Position numbers and translations under genes: made by a program
DNA from: Picochlorum sp. SENEW3
Lineage: Eukaryota
Assembly (NCBI GenBank): GCA_034226945.1
Contig: CP120457.1
Location: 248,001-312,000, forward strand
Direction of reading: 5' to 3'
DNA length: 64,000 nucleotides
Part shown: one piece after another, positions 59,333 through 64,000 of the stretch
How positions within the stretch are numbered: position 1 is the first letter of the stretch
How the letters are laid out: every line of letters begins with the position of its first letter
The notes under the pieces: model-generated
Database searches by the model: none
What the model was told of the DNA's origin: nothing
The model's input: the letters and a program-made list of their open reading frames with translations, nothing else

Positions 59333-60767
59333 ATGAGTGATAGAAAAAGGCGAATAGCCTACTTTTATGACAGTACGTGACTCTTGCGTGTGTCAACAAC
59401 GTGGACCATAGTCCTGACGTGTGTTTGGCTGCAGATGAGTATGCTGGCATGTATTATGGAGCGGATCACCCAATGAAACCCCCAAGAATAGCAATGACGC
59501 ACAGCTTGGTCGTTGGGTACGGGCTACATGAGGGCATGGATGTATATAAACCCAGGAGAGCCCAAAAGGATGAACTGACTGCATTTCACTCTGAAGATTA
59601 TGTTGACACACTGCGATCCACTGATCCAGAGACGTTTCAGAACTCTATTCAATCATATTCAAAGTATGCTCTCGACGAAGACTGTCCAATCTTTCCTGGA
59701 TTGTTTGACTTCTGTCGGCAGTACTCTGGTGCGAGCATTGAAGGAGCCTCAAAATTGAATTCTGGCCAATATGATATTGCCATTAACTGGGCTGGGGGAT
59801 TGCATCATGCCAAAAAATCTTCTGCTTCTGGTTTTTGTTATATAAATGATTGTGTTCTTGGTATTTTAGAGCTGCTCAAGGTTCATCCTCGTGTGTTGTA
59901 CATTGATATCGATATTCATCATGGGGATGGAGTTGAAGAGGCGTTCTATTGCACTGATAGAGTCATGACCCTTTCTACCCATCTGTATAGGCCAGAATGG
60001 TTCTTTCCTGGCACTGGGGCTTTGGAAGAGATTGGAGAAGGTCAAGGGAGGGGGTATAGTGTGAACATTCCTCTTGTGGAAGGGTGTACTGATGATGACT
60101 TCATGTTCATGTTCAAGCCTATTTTAGAACGCGTGATTCAGGTTTTCAATCCAGGTATGTGTAGATATATATATTTCATTTGTTACTCTTTAAGAGACGC
60201 GTGTATGTATATTTGTTTTTGATGCGCGCAGGCGCCATTGTGTTGCAATGTGGGGCTGATGGTCTGGTTGGAGACCGACTGGGAACTTTCAATATGACAG
60301 TCGAGGGACACGCGAGCGCTGTCGAATTAGTCAAATCGTATAATATTCCTACACTTGTTCTTGGAGGTGGAGGATATGTTAAAACCAATGTAGCTCGAGC
60401 GTGGACACTGGGCACTGCAGCATTGGTCGGCACGGTCTTGGATGATACCCTACCAGACTGCAAATTCGCACAGTATTTTGGTCCCGAGGGTTGCTTACGG
60501 TATAATCCCGCCCCACGATTCCAAGATTTAAACACCAAAGAAGACCTTCATGCGATCCGAGGAATCATCCTGGATACAATCAAGCGACTCGATTCTGCCC
60601 CAGGAGCCCATTTGGATGTCCATCCACCAGCGTCATTCATCCCTCACGAGAATGTAGAAGACGAAGAAGTTGTCCATAATAGGCTCACGGCATATGCTCA
60701 AAGCCACTTTATTCAGTATCTTAGATGTGTCGAAGCTGGGTCTGCTGACCCTTTTGACTCCTTATGA
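59333..60767 (+). CDS. Class I histone deacetylase, HDAC3/HDA9/Hos2-like; introns 59373-59434 and 60155-60231
   Basis: 'IAYFYD', 'HPMKP', 'NWAGGLHHAKK', 'YIDIDIHHGDGVEEAF', 'FFPGTG', 'QCGAD' and 'GGGGY'. Confidence 0.95.
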
Positions 60768-60818
60768 CATCTGCCTTCTCTGTAAAACACACAAATCATC
60801 ATGATGATGATGATGAGA

Positions 60819-61787
60819 TCATCGGCAGAACACCATCCAGAGTGATGTACCACGCATATCATCCGCCTGCTCAGCAACCACATTGTCGAAATTCTCCCTC
60901 GCCAACTGCACAAAATCTTTCAAGTTTTTCTCATGAACTTCCGCCACCATAGCCTTGATGCATGTGTCCCAATGCACTGGTTCAATACCCTGAACAATCA
61001 ACAACTCACTCCCTTCGGCATCAATCTTCAACAGATCAACTCGTTCAATATCATGGCAGCGGAGAATCTCAGACAGCGTTGTCACCTGACACGACACTTT
61101 TCTTGCACCCAGCAAAAGATACCACGTCGCCAGGCGAATCACAAGCCCATACAACAATGGAACATGGACCTTGAGGACATGTCCAATCCACACCAGCCAC
61201 CCTGGCAAGCTTGTGCTTCCATTCTGTATAGAATTATCAATAAAGATCTTTAAATCCTTCTTCATTCCATCCATATCCGCGACCCTTTCCATAGCATTCC
61301 ACCCCTGAGCGCGAGGAAAGTAGTTGAATACCCCCTGCTCTTCATGCACCTCATCATTATTACCAACAGCAAGACACAATGGCACGAATGTCGCCACATT
61401 CTCCCCATGCGTCTCACACCACGCTGCATACATTGATAGATTATTCTTCAAGCATCGAAATGTATGCGGCACAGGCTCTATACACAGCACCCTGCCCTTT
61501 TTAGACCCACAACTACCGGCAACAGCATGGGAGGCAAACAGTGTAAACAGACCCACATTGGCACCCACATCAACCACACAATCACCAGCTTTCAGCTGGA
61601 TACCATGTTTGAGGTAAGTTTTCTGTACAAAAATCTCATCATACAGGAAATTCTTCTCCAAAGAAGAGGCACACTGTATGTGGCCCAACCATGATGGGAA
61701 GACTCCACCAACCATTGCCTTCTTCAGCACATGCTGCATTTCAATATACCAGCCATGATTTGGTTGTTTTTGTTTTTTTAATTTCAT
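60819..61787 (-). CDS. FkbM-family SAM-dependent methyltransferase
   Basis: 'FLYDEIF', 'VDVGANVGLF', 'IEPVP', 'VDLLKIDAEGSE' and 'EVH'. Confidence 0.9.
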   Translation of the reverse strand: MKLKKQKQPNHGWYIEMQHVLKKAMVGGVFPSWLGHIQCASSLEKNFLYDEIFVQKTYLKHGIQLKAGDCVVDVGANVGLFTLFASHAVAGSCGSKKGRVLCIEPVPHTFRCLKNNLSMYAAWCETHGENVATFVPLCLAVGNNDEVHEEQGVFNYFPRAQGWNAMERVADMDGMKKDLKIFIDNSIQNGSTSLPGWLVWIGHVLKVHVPLLYGLVIRLATWYLLLGARKVSCQVTTLSEILRCHDIERVDLLKIDAEGSELLIVQGIEPVHWDTCIKAMVAEVHEKNLKDFVQLARENFDNVVAEQADDMRGTSLWMVFCR

Positions 61788-61986
61788 TCACTTCACGTGA
61801 TTGTGCACAATCATCGGCTTTCTTTTTTATTAGCAGGAACCTCCGTATTTGAGGAGATTAAAATGCCTCTGCATCTCACCCGTGTCTCTTGTGTGTGGTG
61901 ATCAGCAGTATACTTCTTCCAATAAATCTACCTATATCATCCATACCTCTCCTGAATCTTCGCATCCAGTATTTCTGTGAAATTCA

Positions 61987-62343
61987 ATGCTCATCGTGGG
62001 AAGCAGACTTCAAGTGTCTGACAACAGCGGAGCCAAAGAAGTCCAGTGCATCAATACCAAGGGCAAAATAGCATCAATTGGTGATATAATCACCTGTTCA
62101 GTTAAAAAGGCAGCAGCAAAGGGGAAAGTAGAGCAAGGGCAGGTTGTCAAAGCTGTCATTGTAGAGACCAAGAAGGAAATTCAGAGGGCTGACGGATCTG
62201 TGATCAAATTCGATAAGAACTCGTGTGTGTTAGTAAATAACAAAGGATTACCCATCGGGACTCGTGTATTAGGATTTGTGACGCACGAATTGCGTTCTCG
62301 TAATATGATGAAGGTCTTGTCCTTGGCATCCAGAGTATTTTGA
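61987..62343 (+). CDS. rpl14: Bacterial-type ribosomal protein uL14, probably nucleus-encoded mitochondrial L14
   Basis: 'LQVSDNSGAKEVQCI', 'GDIITCSVK', 'RADGSVIKFDKNSCVL' and 'PIGTRVLG.V..ELR'. Confidence 0.93.
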   Translation: MLIVGSRLQVSDNSGAKEVQCINTKGKIASIGDIITCSVKKAAAKGKVEQGQVVKAVIVETKKEIQRADGSVIKFDKNSCVLVNNKGLPIGTRVLGFVTHELRSRNMMKVLSLASRVF

Positions 62344-62404
62344 AGAAGAAGAAGAAGAATACGGATTATTATTCTTTACAGATTGATTGAATTGAAGTAC
62401 ACAG

Positions 62405-62596
62405 ATGCCTCGCGTGGGTGATAGAGCTGCATTAGGCATTTTTATACTGTTATCTGGTTCGACATTCGTCGGATTAGCCATGACAAGCGCTGCGCGGTCC
62501 AACAGTAGAATGAAGCAGCAGCAGCAGCAGGAAGAGACCCAATCTGGGCGTGCATCGCCAGATTTTGATGCCAGGCTCAAAGCCCTAGATAAATGA
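62405..62596 (+). CDS. Small protein with one N-terminal transmembrane segment
   Basis: 63-aa ATG ORF filling the intergenic space, with hydrophobic 'ALGIFILLSGSTFVGLAM'. Confidence 0.5.
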   Translation: MPRVGDRAALGIFILLSGSTFVGLAMTSAARSNSRMKQQQQQEETQSGRASPDFDARLKALDK

Positions 62597-62598
62597 TG

Positions 62599-63546
62599 CT
62601 AAAATGAATCCACCCAATCGGGCCTTGTGCTGTGAGGCATTGCATGCACCATGTCATATCGAGACATTTTACCCAAGAGTGCTCTGCTCTTGACAAAATC
62701 TTTGTAATGACGCTTTCTATCGACATCCATCGATGGAGATATATGTAACAGTCTTTGATGTATACACATGTTCTCCTTGGCAATGTGGAGCTCGTGCATG
62801 AAGCGCCTCGTCACACCTGTGGCAATCTGCCGTCCTCTTTGGTGCCGACGTGCCCTATTCTTCATCTCAATGACATGCTTCATCGACGCAAGATACGATT
62901 GACCTTCAGAAAGTGACTGATTGTCTATCCTTCGACATGGTACTTGGTGTGTGGTGTTGTCAATCACGGATGATGATATCCTCCAAGAATCAGAATCTGA
63001 TTCATGCGTGAAACGATCCACCATGAATTTCTTATACGCATCGAACAGCGCATCGTCATGCTTGTCTGTCTCTTCCGTATCATGTGTATGATGCTCTTTC
63101 GTTGCCTCGACATCACCAGTCACAAGAACAGCAGCCAGTGGAGTATTCTGTGGAACGGGTGCTACATCATCATCATCATCATCATCCTTTTTCTTCTTGG
63201 AGGAGGAGGGGGAGGAGACCTCCTCAATTGCTGTCTTGGTCTCCTGTGCCTCGTACACAGACAACCGTCGAGCTCTCGTCTTCACTTCATCTATATCTTG
63301 ATAGCTATTCCGATCCAAGACGTTCTCGCCCATGGATGAATGGACATTGCCTCGCTTGGTCCCACCTGGTACACTACTACTCTTGTCCATATTGCCATGG
63401 CCATGGCCATCCATGAGAGAGGTTTTTTTCCCGTGTACCATTTTATTTGTAGTAGTAGTATTCACTCTTAATGATGGACTATGATCCACCACCGTGGCTG
63501 TCTGGTGATTGTATTTTTTCACCCCCCTTGAATGCCTCTGACCCAT
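62599..63546 (-). CDS. Hypothetical protein with C-terminal CFAP97/KIAA1430-like motif
   Basis: 315-aa ORF with 'HIAKENMCIHQRLLHISPS...RKRHYKDF..SRALLGKMSRY'. N-terminal MG (possible myristoylation). Confidence 0.65.
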   Translation of the reverse strand: MGQRHSRGVKKYNHQTATVVDHSPSLRVNTTTTNKMVHGKKTSLMDGHGHGNMDKSSSVPGGTKRGNVHSSMGENVLDRNSYQDIDEVKTRARRLSVYEAQETKTAIEEVSSPSSSKKKKDDDDDDDVAPVPQNTPLAAVLVTGDVEATKEHHTHDTEETDKHDDALFDAYKKFMVDRFTHESDSDSWRISSSVIDNTTHQVPCRRIDNQSLSEGQSYLASMKHVIEMKNRARRHQRGRQIATGVTRRFMHELHIAKENMCIHQRLLHISPSMDVDRKRHYKDFVKSRALLGKMSRYDMVHAMPHSTRPDWVDSF

Positions 63547-64000
63547 TCTAGACTGTCGTGTGTATACTCTCTTCTCCCCCTATATATAGGACTATCTCTC
63601 TGTTGTCAATTCTTGAATCAAATCACCAATCGTCCTGACCCAAGCTGTCTTCGTCTTCTTCTTCTTTGTTGGTTGGCTTCACCCATCATGCCTCTCTCTC
63701 TTCCCCAGACAATGAAGGTACCAGGGCGTGGGACCAGAGGCAGGCAGGCAGGCTGTTCAATCCATGTGGACGAATGTCGCTGATTTCATCCAATCTGCTG
63801 CCCCCATAAGTACATTAAAAACAAAATTATTAATTGCAATATATTGTATATATACATTGTAGACCCAGCAATAACAAACAACCATGGCTGGGAAAAAGCG
63901 TCCGATTATGAAATTATTGCGACAACTCATGTCTCAGCAGTATCCACCAACAAATGTAGCACCATGGGTGAATCCTAATAATAAATTAAAGGCAGTTATT

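Noticed and set aside
63886..64000. ORF start 'MAGKKRPIMKLLRQL' at the window edge
   Set aside because: Too short and truncated to support a call.

Overview
Eukaryotic nuclear DNA, not prokaryotic: compact, gene-dense, with short GT-AG introns, peroxisomal and organellar targeting signals and plastid-pathway genes. It is most consistent with a small trebouxiophyte green alga such as Picochlorum (inferred, not proven). The layout has four parts. (1) 0.5-3.1 kb holds pogo/Tc1-mariner transposon remnants. (2) 4.6-23.5 kb holds housekeeping genes: mitochondrial carrier, HSP20 with perfect heat-shock elements, peroxisomal enoyl-CoA hydratase, 5-oxoprolinase, sirtuin, DDM1/HELLS, homogentisate solanesyltransferase, BIO3-BIO1 and BioF. 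(3) About 23.6-49.6 kb is an accessory island. It contains a Kyakuja/KDZ transposase, a Myb + EsV-1-7 + PD-(D/E)XK nuclease fusion gene, ~2.5-kb inverted arms that each carry a paralog with a divergent N-terminal domain, a 1023-bp poly(A)-tailed tandem, a Harbinger MITE, Helitron-like ends and an ankyrin array. (4) 49.6-64 kb returns to housekeeping genes: Nudix, desaturase, biotin synthase, an NCoR-like SANT gene head-to-head with an HDAC3/HDA9-like deacetylase, FkbM methyltransferase and uL14. The leading candidates for something new are a complete biotin ring-assembly gene cluster (bioDA-bioF ... bioB) split by the island, with a diiron desaturase head-to-head with bioB as a possible pimeloyl-precursor enzyme, and a large KDZ-centred composite element with variable-domain cargo. 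All family calls come from motif recognition by eye; no database searches were run.
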